Assembly: GCA_016933575.1 (NCBI GenBank)
Contig: JAFGAR010000004.1
Location: 1-64,000, forward strand
Source of the DNA: Candidatus Thorarchaeota archaeon
Lineage (GTDB): Archaea > Asgardarchaeota > Thorarchaeia > Thorarchaeales > Thorarchaeaceae
Reading direction: 5' to 3'
DNA: 64,000 nt
This document shows positions 1 through 9,966 of this stretch, piece after piece. Below the pieces are notes generated by a model. The model had not been told where the DNA came from, searched no databases, and saw nothing but the letters and a program-made list of their open reading frames with translations. The position numbers were made by a program, and so were the translations under genes. Position 1 is the first letter of the stretch; the number at the start of each line of letters is the position of its first letter.

Positions 1-125
1 CGACTCTGTGAGGTCAGATGCGTGTCAGGACAACCTCACGATCCTATCTCTGGACTATTGTATTTAAAGACCTATAAGAATGGTTCAAACAACCATCAAA
101 GAGCTGTCCAACTCTGTCCAGTATT

Positions 126-461
126 TCAGTAGCTGTTGTCAACCCTCCAATATCCACCGGTCTGAAAATTTACCTGCTCTGAAGCACCTTGATAATCTAT
201 TGAGAAATATGCGATATTGTCCATATCAGTAAGGTTCCAAGGATAAGTCAAACAAAGAAATGTAAAATTCACTTCATGAAAGATTACAGAATACGATTCG
301 TTTCCATTTTGATTGTAAATATCACTGACGTAACAGAGTTCCCCAGCTTCTTCATTCCAACAGATTCCAAGATAACGTGAATCAACAATAGACCCCTAGG
401 TAAGTGCAACTATTAGAATAATGGAAAGACCAAATGAAGCAATGACATATCTTCGCCTCAA
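126..461 (-). pseudogene. Probable decayed gene for a small signal-peptide/membrane-anchored protein, interrupted by an in-frame TAG
   Basis: Manual translation: GGAGGTG RBS, TTG at 461, (M)RRRYVIASFGLSIILIVALT, TAG at 398-396, then 89 open codons GSIVDSRYLGICWNEE...GGYWRVDNSY to TGA at 128-126. Not in the ORF track. Confidence 0.55.
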
Positions 462-483
462 GTTCAGCTGCACCTCCGTAAGA

Positions 484-999
484 TTATTTCTTCATCCTTT
501 CAGGGGGTATTGTTGCCTTATAGCCAGCATTGGTATGGTCGCCCCTCATCTCCATGATGCTAATTCCAAGACCATAACAGAAGATTGTAGGCTCAGGATT
601 GATCTTGATAAAGACCATCTCATCTTCAGATACATCTGTTGCTAGATTCATTCTACCAATCCTTGACTGGCTCATAGACCATCTTGCATCTATGTTATTG
701 AAAGATACTAGTTCTGCAGTGCCTCGAAACATGGCATAGCTGGCAGGAACGAATCGAAGCCAATAGTGTGGAAAAGTAACAACAAGTGAGACCTGATTAT
801 TTGCTTTGATATTACGCACCTTAGCATAGTTCTTTCCAACTAGAATATAGAGTGCAAAGGGCGATGTTGGAGGAGAGACTCCATAGATGATTCCTGTACT
901 ATGAGGTCGTCCCTTAGAGTTAATGGTTGTTAAAACCCCGAAGCTCTTCTTTCGTACAGCTTTCTCAACACTCTCAAAACTAAATCGTTCTTTTGTCAT
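484..999 (-). CDS. Pyridoxamine 5'-phosphate oxidase-like (split-barrel flavin/F420-binding) protein
   Basis: GVLTTINSKGRPHST and KVRNIKANNQVSLVV motifs typical of the PPOX family. Confidence 0.8.
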   Translation of the reverse strand: MTKERFSFESVEKAVRKKSFGVLTTINSKGRPHSTGIIYGVSPPTSPFALYILVGKNYAKVRNIKANNQVSLVVTFPHYWLRFVPASYAMFRGTAELVSFNNIDARWSMSQSRIGRMNLATDVSEDEMVFIKINPEPTIFCYGLGISIMEMRGDHTNAGYKATIPPERMKK

Positions 1000-1076
1000 G
1001 TAGTCCCCATTCCTTTCTAAGATCTTGTGAAGATTGCTAACTAATTTAGGTATTTGGAATGAAAAACGATTAATGA

Positions 1077-1116
1077 AACAAAAAAAAGAATGAGATGGGG
1101 AGTTACCCCCATCATT
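1077..1116 (-). terminator. Hairpin plus U-tract terminator after the 1123-1785 gene
   Basis: ATGGGG-AGTTAC-CCCCAT stem just past the stop codon, followed on the minus strand by a T-rich run (A-run at about 1076-1087 on the plus strand). Confidence 0.6.
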
Positions 1117-1122
1117 GATACC

Positions 1123-1785
1123 TTATTTACGCTTGACGCAGACAATCACGAGAACTACCAGAACGACAGCTCCTGCAATAATGATAAGGAAATTATCAGC
1201 TATTGTAGTCATGAATCCTTGACGGGATATTGCAATATAGCCTGTTCGAACATCATTCTCGAATTCCTCTACTGTGAGCTTGGCAAGAAAACCATCAGAT
1301 TTGAAGTATCGTGCCGCAACAGTTGTATGCTCAGTAGATGAAGTGTCCACAGTGTATTGAACACCCCAGTAGAAGACGTCATCTATCATTACCTCACCTG
1401 TTAGAGCGGCTGAAACAAGTGTAGTCATTAGAGTGAAGTTACCTACTGGAACAGACATATGGCTACCGACCGCAATCAATGTCAAGAATATCAGTCCATA
1501 GAGACCAATCGAAGTATCATTTGCAGCCCATTTCCAGTCTGAAACTGCAGTTGGTACAGCTCCCCAACCACTGATTGAATCAGGAATTACTGGCGTTGAA
1601 GTTATTGATGCATACATTGGTTCATTAATTGAATCTGTATCGGTATCAACTACGAAATTGAAATCGATCCTATCACTGACACTGACACCCCAAGACAGAC
1701 CTTGATTTGACTGAGCAGCAACAGGTGCTACAAGAAACATTCCAACAACAAGGAATACAAACATAATTTGGATAGCGCGTTTCAT
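1123..1785 (-). CDS. Secreted, C-terminally membrane-anchored hypothetical protein
   Basis: Signal peptide MKRAIQIMFVFLVVGMFLVAPVAA (likely start 1785 with GGAG RBS; ORF track starts at 1827); C-terminal TM helix followed by KRK. Confidence 0.75.
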   Translation of the reverse strand: MKRAIQIMFVFLVVGMFLVAPVAAQSNQGLSWGVSVSDRIDFNFVVDTDTDSINEPMYASITSTPVIPDSISGWGAVPTAVSDWKWAANDTSIGLYGLIFLTLIAVGSHMSVPVGNFTLMTTLVSAALTGEVMIDDVFYWGVQYTVDTSSTEHTTVAARYFKSDGFLAKLTVEEFENDVRTGYIAISRQGFMTTIADNFLIIIAGAVVLVVLVIVCVKRK

Positions 1786-1920
1786 AATTCTAATCTCCAT
1801 TGACTCAAATCGAGAAATGGTGTTCATTTGTATAGAACATAACTTGAAAAAGTCTTCGACTTCAATTGATTACTATAGACCTTCTTTGAAGCTTATTCGA
1901 TATGTGTGCCTTTGGCTTAT

Positions 1921-3501
1921 TTATTTGTTTAGTCTACGGTGCATGGCTTTGTTGTTTTTGTAGAGATTGAGAAACTCTGAATAGATACGATTGTATAACT
2001 TGTGATTCTCGGGATTTGGGTGAAAGATATTGGAATATTGAACTAAGTTGGATATATCATCAAAACTACAGATGCCTAAACCAACTGCTGCAATGAATGC
2101 AGCACCACGAGCATTTGCCATGATTGGATCTTTTACCTGTCTGACCGTTCTACTCAAGACATCTGCAAAGATCTGGCACCAAACGTCGGATTGTGCACCA
2201 CCGCCAATGATGTTCACAGGGTCCATCTTCCGTTTGATGAACTTCTCTACAAGCTCGAAGAGCCATCGGGTGTTAAATGCAACGCCCTCAAAGATTGCAC
2301 GAATCATATCATCTCGGGTCACAGAGAGGGAGATATTGTGAAGACCACCTCGGATGGTATGATCCTCTACAGGAGTGCGTTCGCCGTATAGCCAAGGAGT
2401 GAAGATGAGACCGTTGCTCCCAGGCGGAACTTTCTCTACGATTCTATCGAATTCTCTATAGACCTCCGGATTCTCAATCCGTGATTCATCATCGATATAG
2501 AGTACCTTGTCTCTTAAGAACTTCAAACAGGCGCCTGCAGTCTCTTGTTCATTCGCAACAAAATATCTACCAGGTACAGCTGAAGGTAGAGAGGCCATAT
2601 TATGAGTGATATCTGTCTTCTTGAAGGGTACATGACACATCGCCCAGCTACTTGTCCCAATATAGATATGTCCCTCATAGTCACGTACTGCACCAGAACC
2701 AATTATTGCGGAGTGTAAATCTGGGGAACCTACAACGACTTTTGTGGCCTCACATACGCCAAGTGCTTGAGCGACATCCTCCTTAACAACTCCTAGAACA
2801 TCTATCGACTGTTTCAGTTCAGGCAATTTTTCCCGATGAATACCCATTTTCTTGATCAGACCAGCGTTATAGTGGATGTTATTGATGTCTCGGATATCAG
2901 TCACCCAATGGAGCATTATCGAGTCAAAAGATGCTGCAAACTCACCTGTCAATCGGAGGTTAAGATAGTCCTTAGGTTCCAGGAATTTGAAGGTCCTATC
3001 GTAAATATCAGGATGTTCGTGCTTGATGTAGAGAATATGAGCAATGGGATCCTTCCCTGCTTTAGCAGGAAGTCCGCCTGTAGACCGTAACCATCTAACA
3101 AGATTCAGGAGTCCATACCCAGAGATATTGATGATACCCTCATTGATCTTCTTGATGTAGGGTTCACCACGAGAGTCCATCCAGATGATCGCATTCATCA
3201 AATGGTCGCCATTATCGTCAACAGGAACAGTTCCTGACCATTGGCTAGAGACACATATAGCAACGATTTGCTCAATAGGAACAAGTCCCTTTCCAAGCAG
3301 TCTGTTAGTGGCTTTGATTAACGCAGTCCACCACTCGTCGGGGTCTTGCTCGGCTCCTCCATCTGGAAACAGGTAGAGGGGAGTATCCTCATACTCAAAA
3401 GCGAGTATCTCGCCACAGGGATCAGCAAGTGCTACTTTCATTGCTGAGGTCCCATGATCTATTGCCAAGATGTATTTCTTCTCACCTTTCTCCTCGGACA
3501 T
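1921..3501 (-). CDS. FGGY-family carbohydrate kinase (xylulokinase-like)
   Basis: ILAIDHGTS, AEQDPDEWW, NAIIWMDSR, PWLYGERTP, IGGGAQSDVWCQIFADVL. Confidence 0.9.
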   Translation of the reverse strand: MSEEKGEKKYILAIDHGTSAMKVALADPCGEILAFEYEDTPLYLFPDGGAEQDPDEWWTALIKATNRLLGKGLVPIEQIVAICVSSQWSGTVPVDDNGDHLMNAIIWMDSRGEPYIKKINEGIINISGYGLLNLVRWLRSTGGLPAKAGKDPIAHILYIKHEHPDIYDRTFKFLEPKDYLNLRLTGEFAASFDSIMLHWVTDIRDINNIHYNAGLIKKMGIHREKLPELKQSIDVLGVVKEDVAQALGVCEATKVVVGSPDLHSAIIGSGAVRDYEGHIYIGTSSWAMCHVPFKKTDITHNMASLPSAVPGRYFVANEQETAGACLKFLRDKVLYIDDESRIENPEVYREFDRIVEKVPPGSNGLIFTPWLYGERTPVEDHTIRGGLHNISLSVTRDDMIRAIFEGVAFNTRWLFELVEKFIKRKMDPVNIIGGGAQSDVWCQIFADVLSRTVRQVKDPIMANARGAAFIAAVGLGICSFDDISNLVQYSNIFHPNPENHKLYNRIYSEFLNLYKNNKAMHRRLNK

Positions 3502-3558
3502 TTCCTAACCCACTACTCTACATGGTCAAACGACCATATATACAGTGACTATTTTTGT

Positions 3559-4773
3559 CTACATCTTCAGACGTTCGGCTTTTCCAGTCTTATCTATAGA
3601 TTCGATGATTAAGGGTGATTCGCCACCGGTCATCTTGTCCAATTTCAGATGTTCTTGCATAAGACCAAGAAAGTCAAGTGGTGTTACACATGCCTCAGGA
3701 GGAAGAACTCCTTTCTCTGTGATCTTGCCACGCTGCATTAGAATAGCCCCAAGCGCTGCTGGAATTCCAGTCCCTTCACCCATGGACTGACCAATGGATG
3801 CCATCGAGAAATCGTACTGGCGGGGTTCACCATCCTCTATTCCTGTTATTGTAATCTTGAGACAACCCCGTTGTTCACCGAATTTCGCTTCACGGAGTAT
3901 CCGTTCTCTCTGTTGAATAATGAAGGCAATGGCAAAATCTCGAGGGACAACATGTTGGTCGCCAACAGTCAATGGCTCTTCGCTCACAATACCGAGCCGT
4001 GCAATATCCTGAATCATTCGATAGTATTCAGGTGGAATCACACAGCCCAGATTGGTGACTCTCTTACACTTGATGTAATTTGGTAATGTAATGGTCTCAG
4101 GGTGAGGATAGGGATAACACCGATATGTACCAACACAGTGGAAGGTCACGTCTTCTTCTAGAGCACGTCCACTCTCTCCGAAGTAGTCCACTGTAGTAAA
4201 TTTCCCATCAAGAAACATGGGAATTGGAGAGGTCATACTATGTATTCGATGAGCAACAACTGCTGCACCTTCTGTTGGTTCACCACCATGAGCATGAAGA
4301 ATATCAATCGAATCGACTTCATCGAGCATTAGATCTGAGCAGAACTTTACAAGAAGATTCGCTACACCAGGAGAACTACCCATCCCCGTTAGAGCAGAGA
4401 TACCTGCCTTTTTTGCAGCCTTGTTCATCTCGAGGAGTTTTTTTGTTGCGTCATAGTCATCACAGACATCAACATAATTGATACCGGATTCAATTACAGC
4501 TTTCAGTACGATAGGACCCAGCTTGTAAAAAGGACCGCAGCAATTGAGAACAACATCGGACCCATTGATTGCCTCTTTGATTGCTGATGGGTCACTCGCA
4601 TCGACCCCGAATGAAGAAAGGCATTCATCACCAATCTGAGATATACATTCATTTGCCTTGTCAAGATCAATATCACCAATCACTATTTCTGAGAAATCTC
4701 CAGAAGCAATTAGAGTCTTGACAGCAACTGTGCCAACAACACCACATCCGCCTAATACCGTTACACGCGACAT
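3559..4773 (-). CDS. Saccharopine dehydrogenase-like oxidoreductase
   Basis: Rossmann VLGGCGVVG, NCCGPFY, YVDVCDD, GMGSSPG, HPETITLP, GVLPPE; likely start MSRVTV at 4773. Confidence 0.85.
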   Translation of the reverse strand: MSRVTVLGGCGVVGTVAVKTLIASGDFSEIVIGDIDLDKANECISQIGDECLSSFGVDASDPSAIKEAINGSDVVLNCCGPFYKLGPIVLKAVIESGINYVDVCDDYDATKKLLEMNKAAKKAGISALTGMGSSPGVANLLVKFCSDLMLDEVDSIDILHAHGGEPTEGAAVVAHRIHSMTSPIPMFLDGKFTTVDYFGESGRALEEDVTFHCVGTYRCYPYPHPETITLPNYIKCKRVTNLGCVIPPEYYRMIQDIARLGIVSEEPLTVGDQHVVPRDFAIAFIIQQRERILREAKFGEQRGCLKITITGIEDGEPRQYDFSMASIGQSMGEGTGIPAALGAILMQRGKITEKGVLPPEACVTPLDFLGLMQEHLKLDKMTGGESPLIIESIDKTGKAERLKM

Positions 4774-4834
4774 AAGGTAAGTTAAGGTACTCCTGATATT
4801 TAGATATACTGGACCTTCAAAGCGCACTCAAGAT

Positions 4835-5377
4835 TTAGTGAATGATGTAATCACGTAAAACATGACCTTCTGCATCAAATTGGACCCCTTCAAGTTCTAG
4901 GAGTTTTTGCTTCATCTGAAGACCACCCTGAAATCCGCCTAGAGCCATATCGGACCGGATAGCTCGATGACAAGGAATTATGATTGGAAACGGATTGCGT
5001 GCAAGTGCATTGCCAACGGCACGGTAGGCATTTGAACCAATCTTCTTTGCGATCCAGCTGTATGTTGCAACTTTTCCATAGGGAATTGACCACTCGGCTT
5101 TAATCACCTTTATCTGAAATGGATAACAGATTGTTAGATTCAAAAAATCCAGAGGAAATTTCACAGGTTTTCCTTCAAAATAATCGACGAGAAGATCAGT
5201 CAGAGGTTCTATGATTTGGGGTTGTCTGGGTACTGCTTTTGGAAAAAGAGATAGAATATGTTTTACGACCTGACTCTTCGAACTAGGAAGTATGATTCGT
5301 TCTACGCCAGCTTGTTTTGTTCCTTCATGAACTAGCCCTATATGACCAAAAGTTGTTTCGATAATGGCATAATACAT
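4835..5377 (-). CDS. ogt: Methylated-DNA--protein-cysteine S-methyltransferase
   Basis: IPYGKVATY, RAVGNALARNP and catalytic IPCHR motif. Confidence 0.92.
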   Translation of the reverse strand: MYYAIIETTFGHIGLVHEGTKQAGVERIILPSSKSQVVKHILSLFPKAVPRQPQIIEPLTDLLVDYFEGKPVKFPLDFLNLTICYPFQIKVIKAEWSIPYGKVATYSWIAKKIGSNAYRAVGNALARNPFPIIIPCHRAIRSDMALGGFQGGLQMKQKLLELEGVQFDAEGHVLRDYIIH

Positions 5378-5469
5378 CTTTAATCCTCCTAGAATACGGG
5401 CTCTAGTAATTTTTCACGAATACTGCTATCAAAGAATAGGTTGTAACAATAGGCTTTTGTAATATCCGT

Positions 5470-6237
5470 TTGCCATGGAATTCTTGGTGTATTTTACCCT
5501 TGACCGAACACAATATGTCCTGCATGATATGCGGTACTGAACTAGTCTATGATAAGTCAGCCCGCATGCAGACCTGTACATACTGTGGTTCTATAGAATC
5601 ATCACCAATCTACTGCCCAGCAGGCCATTTTGTCTGTGATAGTTGTCATTCAAAAGATGCACTTGCGTTCTTGGAACGTCTTGTTGAGTTAGATAGGAGT
5701 ATCGAACCCCTAGATATTGTTCACAAGGCACTCACTCACCCCAGTTTTAAGTTTCACGGACCAGAACATCATAGTCTCGTACCAGCAGCAATCCTCATTG
5801 CTATGAAGAACCGCGGAATCCCAAAGCTTGATGGCACTCCTGTAACAAAACAAGTGATTCTTGAGGGTATAAAACGCGGTTCAAAGATTCCTGGAGGTTA
5901 CTGTGGTTATGCTGGTGCCTGTGGAGCGTGCATCGGAGCAGGTATCGCAATTGCACTTTATCTTGGTTCAACACCAACCAAAGGTCCTGAGAGAAAAGCG
6001 GCTCATAATGCCACTTCCAAGGCATTAACCTTGTCAAGTGATGGTCTCTGTAGATGCTGCAAACGTGCGACCTATTTTGGTTTGACATCTGCAATGAGCA
6101 TCCTGAAGGATGAATATGGCATTAATCTTGGTACACTTCCACAACCTGAGACCTGCGAGTATTCAGAGCGTAATCGCGACTGTGAGCGTGAAGACTGTAT
6201 CTACTATACAGACTCTTTGATATCTACTCAATCTTGA
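5470..6237 (+). CDS. Cys-rich DUF5714-type protein
   Basis: N-terminal CxxC clusters, HGPEHH, GGYCGYAGACGA, RCCKR; true start probably MSCMICG near 5515. Confidence 0.7.
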   Translation: MPWNSWCILPLTEHNMSCMICGTELVYDKSARMQTCTYCGSIESSPIYCPAGHFVCDSCHSKDALAFLERLVELDRSIEPLDIVHKALTHPSFKFHGPEHHSLVPAAILIAMKNRGIPKLDGTPVTKQVILEGIKRGSKIPGGYCGYAGACGACIGAGIAIALYLGSTPTKGPERKAAHNATSKALTLSSDGLCRCCKRATYFGLTSAMSILKDEYGINLGTLPQPETCEYSERNRDCEREDCIYYTDSLISTQS

Positions 6238-6342
6238 TCATTCGAATCTCATTATAATCAGTGATGACCCGAATGTAGCCCCTTATGATGCTATTAGCCA
6301 TATGAAGATAAACCTCATAAGCAGTGACTCGGTTGTTAGTAT

Positions 6343-7071
6343 GTGGTGGAGATTATTAAACTCTGGATAATGAAGCCTTTAATTACAGACAGAAGGCACT
6401 TTTTCCTGCTTGAAGGGAGTGATGTACCTATAGATCTCATCGTTGAACCCTTTTGCGAAAATGGATATCGCAAAATCCAATCAAATGAGAGTGAAGCAAT
6501 TTGCCATATCGTCAAAGATGATAGAATAGTAACATTATATCAGATGCGTGAAACAGCAGATAAGCAACAAGTTACTGGAACCATTATACTAGGTGCTAAA
6601 GAATTGGCTGAGGCACGAAAAATCCAACGTGTGGGAACAATTCTCGCGATACCATTCGTATTGTATTGTATCGCTACGCTCTTGCTATACATATTACCAA
6701 TTGTTACAACTTTGTTAGGATGGCTTGATTTCATAGACATCGTAAGTCCAATAACACCATTTCTAGGCATAGGTTTCATCATATTCGCGATAATCCTGCT
6801 ATTGCCTCTGTCCTATTCAACTTGGATTCTACCAGTTCAGAACCGCGAAATCGCACGCAATGTTCTGGAAGATCTAGTTCGAATCATAAATGACACTTGC
6901 CCTAACGTGGAACTTCAATCAACTGAAACTAAACAGCAAAACTGGCCAGATTTCAGAATAAGTCATGGAATACCAGAAGATATTCTGCTTAAACTGCAGG
7001 CAATCGAAAACGCATTTCCTGAATTTGGAAATCTAGAGATGCAATTGAATTCTGTGAAAGCTCAATTGTGA
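6343..7071 (+). CDS. Hypothetical membrane protein (two TM helices)
   Basis: 242-aa ORF with two long hydrophobic segments. Confidence 0.6.
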   Translation: MVEIIKLWIMKPLITDRRHFFLLEGSDVPIDLIVEPFCENGYRKIQSNESEAICHIVKDDRIVTLYQMRETADKQQVTGTIILGAKELAEARKIQRVGTILAIPFVLYCIATLLLYILPIVTTLLGWLDFIDIVSPITPFLGIGFIIFAIILLLPLSYSTWILPVQNREIARNVLEDLVRIINDTCPNVELQSTETKQQNWPDFRISHGIPEDILLKLQAIENAFPEFGNLEMQLNSVKAQL

Positions 7072-7168
7072 AAAGGTATGACCATGAACATAAAATATGA
7101 ACATTTGGTCCAAAGTGATTGTGTTTTTCAAAATTAATGGTTTTAATTCACAGTGTCCATTTAGTTGG

Positions 7169-8296
7169 TCAGTCAACCTTCATTAAACGTATTTCATTGT
7201 AATCAGTAATAACCCGGATGTAACCTCGCAATAGTTCATCGACTGCGGAATCACCAGTATCGACCTTGAGAGTTTCTCCTTCAATCCCCTTTAGCTTAGA
7301 CTGTGTGGATATAACGTAGATATGATCTTTTCCAACTCTCTCAATGACTCCGGGACTAATTTGTTGATTACCTCGCCCAAAGAGCATACCTTGATGCCCA
7401 ATTGGTGACACTATAATCCATGTCATTTCGAAGTCTTTCACTAACTTGATGATGTCTGATTCATTTACATCATTGTATGTATCGCCATTCTGATAAATAT
7501 CAACTCCAAGAATGGTCTTTTTAATCTCTAACTGATCTGCTATGGTTTTGACAGTTGTTCCAGGACCAAGAATGTATGTTCCCATTGGAACCATCTTTTG
7601 AATGATATACCGTGCAATTGCCTCCTGTGCCTCATGCTCGTCTGATGTTTCAGGACTTGCTTGTTTGGCACCTTGGAACCTAGCTGGAACAGAGGGTCCC
7701 TTCAGATAGCCATAAAGACGGATGACGAATCGATCCTCACGAAAGGCGGTCTCATCTGCATCCATCACCTCAAAGTCAGTAATGCCAGTTCCCCCAGCAT
7801 TGACAAGATTTACGACTTCTGCTGCATCAGCAGGATTCACGACGAATATACCACTATACATCTTCACACCAGATGGTACTCCGAGGACCAACAGGTCATC
7901 CATACCATGTACCACGATGGCATCGAATATGTCACGGGCAGTACCATCCCCTCCAACAAATACAAGGAACCTGATGCCAGCCTTGTAGAGGGCAACTATG
8001 CAATGGTGGGTGTCATCAGAACCAGTCATATCTCCAATCGTGACATCAACCACAGAATAGTTAAGCCCCACCTCCTGGATGATGTCCTCGCCCATGGGAC
8101 CAGGGCAGACGACAAGTTCAATCTCAGAGTCGCGCTCCATATATGGAGATAATGCCTGCAAAAACTCCCGGGCTCGCCCAGGTGCCACTGGTTGAGCGCC
8201 TCTCTTAATAGCCTCATCAAGAACTCCATCAGTTCCCTTCAAACCCACTCGACCGCCCATTCCAGCAATAGGGTTAACAAGAAGACCTAGACGCAT
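7169..8296 (-). CDS. ATP-NAD kinase family protein (AcoX/COG3199-like)
   Basis: NPIAGMGGRVGLKGTDG, GGDGTARD, GVKMYSG, GRGNQQIS; likely start 8296. Confidence 0.85.
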   Translation of the reverse strand: MRLGLLVNPIAGMGGRVGLKGTDGVLDEAIKRGAQPVAPGRAREFLQALSPYMERDSEIELVVCPGPMGEDIIQEVGLNYSVVDVTIGDMTGSDDTHHCIVALYKAGIRFLVFVGGDGTARDIFDAIVVHGMDDLLVLGVPSGVKMYSGIFVVNPADAAEVVNLVNAGGTGITDFEVMDADETAFREDRFVIRLYGYLKGPSVPARFQGAKQASPETSDEHEAQEAIARYIIQKMVPMGTYILGPGTTVKTIADQLEIKKTILGVDIYQNGDTYNDVNESDIIKLVKDFEMTWIIVSPIGHQGMLFGRGNQQISPGVIERVGKDHIYVISTQSKLKGIEGETLKVDTGDSAVDELLRGYIRVITDYNEIRLMKVD

Positions 8297-8354
8297 CAAG
8301 ATTCTATGACCTCTGCACTCTGAAAGGTACAACCGCACTCTAAAGCAGTTTTGA

Positions 8355-8939
8355 TTATGACTTTAAAGCGTTGACCTGAGCAGCTGACTGGATCCAGAAA
8401 GAGACCCGCACTAGGACCTCTTCCAAGAATTTCTCACGATTATCTGGTGTTGCATCCTCAGGCCACTTGTTCTTGCGATAATCATCAAATTTCTTGAATG
8501 TGCGGCCATATTTCGTTGTAAGTGGAATCTCTACCTTTCTATCACATGCAGTATTGAGAGCCCGGATTAGAGTGACATAATCAAACTTGTTCCGAATCAA
8601 CCACTTGCGTAATGCTATGAAGAAGGAGCGGTCATTGATCTCACCCCAAGGGAGACCTTTCAGTCCCTCACGATCGGACCCATCTATTCTCTCCGAGTTG
8701 AAGGAGCATTCCTTGTTATAATTGCAGCGAGCTCTCACAAAGAGCTTCTTCTTCGACAACCAGAGGAATATCTCATGGTCGCCTTTCTTTTTCATCAGTT
8801 CTTTATGGGCTCCAGCAGGGAAGACGAGTTCTACAATCCCACCCTCTTTGATCTTACCACCAGCCTTGAAATACAGATCTAGAGCCCATGCTAGAGCTGG
8901 AATCGTGTTGACTGAATAGTATTCCTCAGCGTCGACCAT
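8355..8939 (-). CDS. Hypothetical soluble protein
   Basis: 194-aa ORF with protein-like composition, co-oriented downstream of the GTPase; no family recognised. Confidence 0.7.
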   Translation of the reverse strand: MVDAEEYYSVNTIPALAWALDLYFKAGGKIKEGGIVELVFPAGAHKELMKKKGDHEIFLWLSKKKLFVRARCNYNKECSFNSERIDGSDREGLKGLPWGEINDRSFFIALRKWLIRNKFDYVTLIRALNTACDRKVEIPLTTKYGRTFKKFDDYRKNKWPEDATPDNREKFLEEVLVRVSFWIQSAAQVNALKS

Positions 8940-9025
8940 GGGTATAGTTCACATCGCATCAGTCCCACTGATATGGATTAGTAATTAGACATTTGTGATA
9001 CGACAAGGATTAGCGAACGGAACTT

Positions 9026-9574
9026 CTAAACATCCTTTTCCATTCGGTTGTCTACAAGTACCTCAGCGAGCTCCCCGAAGATATCAACAATACCTTCGCC
9101 TGTCTTCGCACTGGACTCGATGTAGGGCATGTCATGGCTGTCTGCAAACTCACGACCCTCTGAGGGCTCGACCACTCTATCGGGAAGGTCTGTCTTGTTT
9201 GCCACCAGCACCAGAGGTATCTTCTTGCCAAGCGCCTTGTGGAGTTCCTCAAGCCACTCTTCTAGCACGATGAAGGTCCTTCGTCGAGTGACATCATACA
9301 CAAGTAGGCCACCACTGCTTCCCCGGTAATACATAGGTCGGAGAATCTGGAAACGCGACTGCCCGGCGACATCCCAAATCTGCAATTTAACAGTTATTTT
9401 TTCGGAGTTTGGTCTGATTATATCGACGTTCTTTACAGCAAACTGTGAGCCAATGGTGGTCTTATAATCCGTCCTGAAGAAACCGTGAGAGAATCGCGTG
9501 ACAATGGCAGTCTTCCCGACCGCACCTTCTCCTAACACTACGATTTTGAAGAGATAGTCATACGTACTACTCAT
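9026..9574 (-). CDS. Rab-like small GTPase (eukaryotic signature protein)
   Basis: G1 GEGAVGKT, G2 TTIG, G3 WDVAGQ, G4 NKTD, G5 SSAK; Rab-type YDYLFK, KLQIW, YYRG, LVYDVT; no C-terminal Cys. Confidence 0.95.
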   Translation of the reverse strand: MSSTYDYLFKIVVLGEGAVGKTAIVTRFSHGFFRTDYKTTIGSQFAVKNVDIIRPNSEKITVKLQIWDVAGQSRFQILRPMYYRGSSGGLLVYDVTRRRTFIVLEEWLEELHKALGKKIPLVLVANKTDLPDRVVEPSEGREFADSHDMPYIESSAKTGEGIVDIFGELAEVLVDNRMEKDV

Positions 9575-9730
9575 GTTTCAGCTCTCCGAGTTTGTGAGGA
9601 CTGTGGATGTGTACCTTGAGTTGGAATTTCGCATATGAAATGTCCGTGTGTGTATTCATCCGAGGTCCCCATGCAATCTATTGGCGTTGATTGAACTTGC
9701 ACGGCCAAAGCGTAAAGGGGCGTATGGACC

Positions 9731-9744
9731 TAATAAGGTTTCGC
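9731..9744 (-). promoter_or_regulatory. Possible BRE/TATA promoter for the GTPase gene
   Basis: Minus strand reads GCGAAACCTTATTA, a purine-rich BRE-like element followed by TTATTA. Confidence 0.3.
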
Positions 9745-9966
9745 GAGATTAGTATCCTTGTCAACAGCGGCGGCGGAAACCAATCATACCAGCTCTTTGA
9801 CCTACCATTCATCTGACGTTTAGTGCTGACACTATGATATGATGTCATTTGTACAATATCAAAATGAATACTTTGGATTGATTAGGAAAAAAGAGGGGGA
9901 GCATGATGGGTAGAAGAACCTCAAGTTACGGATTCTAATTCTTGCAATTCCTACCTCTGTTAACAC

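Noticed and set aside
9578-9634. 18-codon upstream ORF whose TGA is in frame with the GTPase ATG (possible selenocysteine read-through)
   Set aside because: The TGA sits in the RBS spacer, the GTPase N-terminus is already complete, and the peptide has no Sec-like context; likely chance
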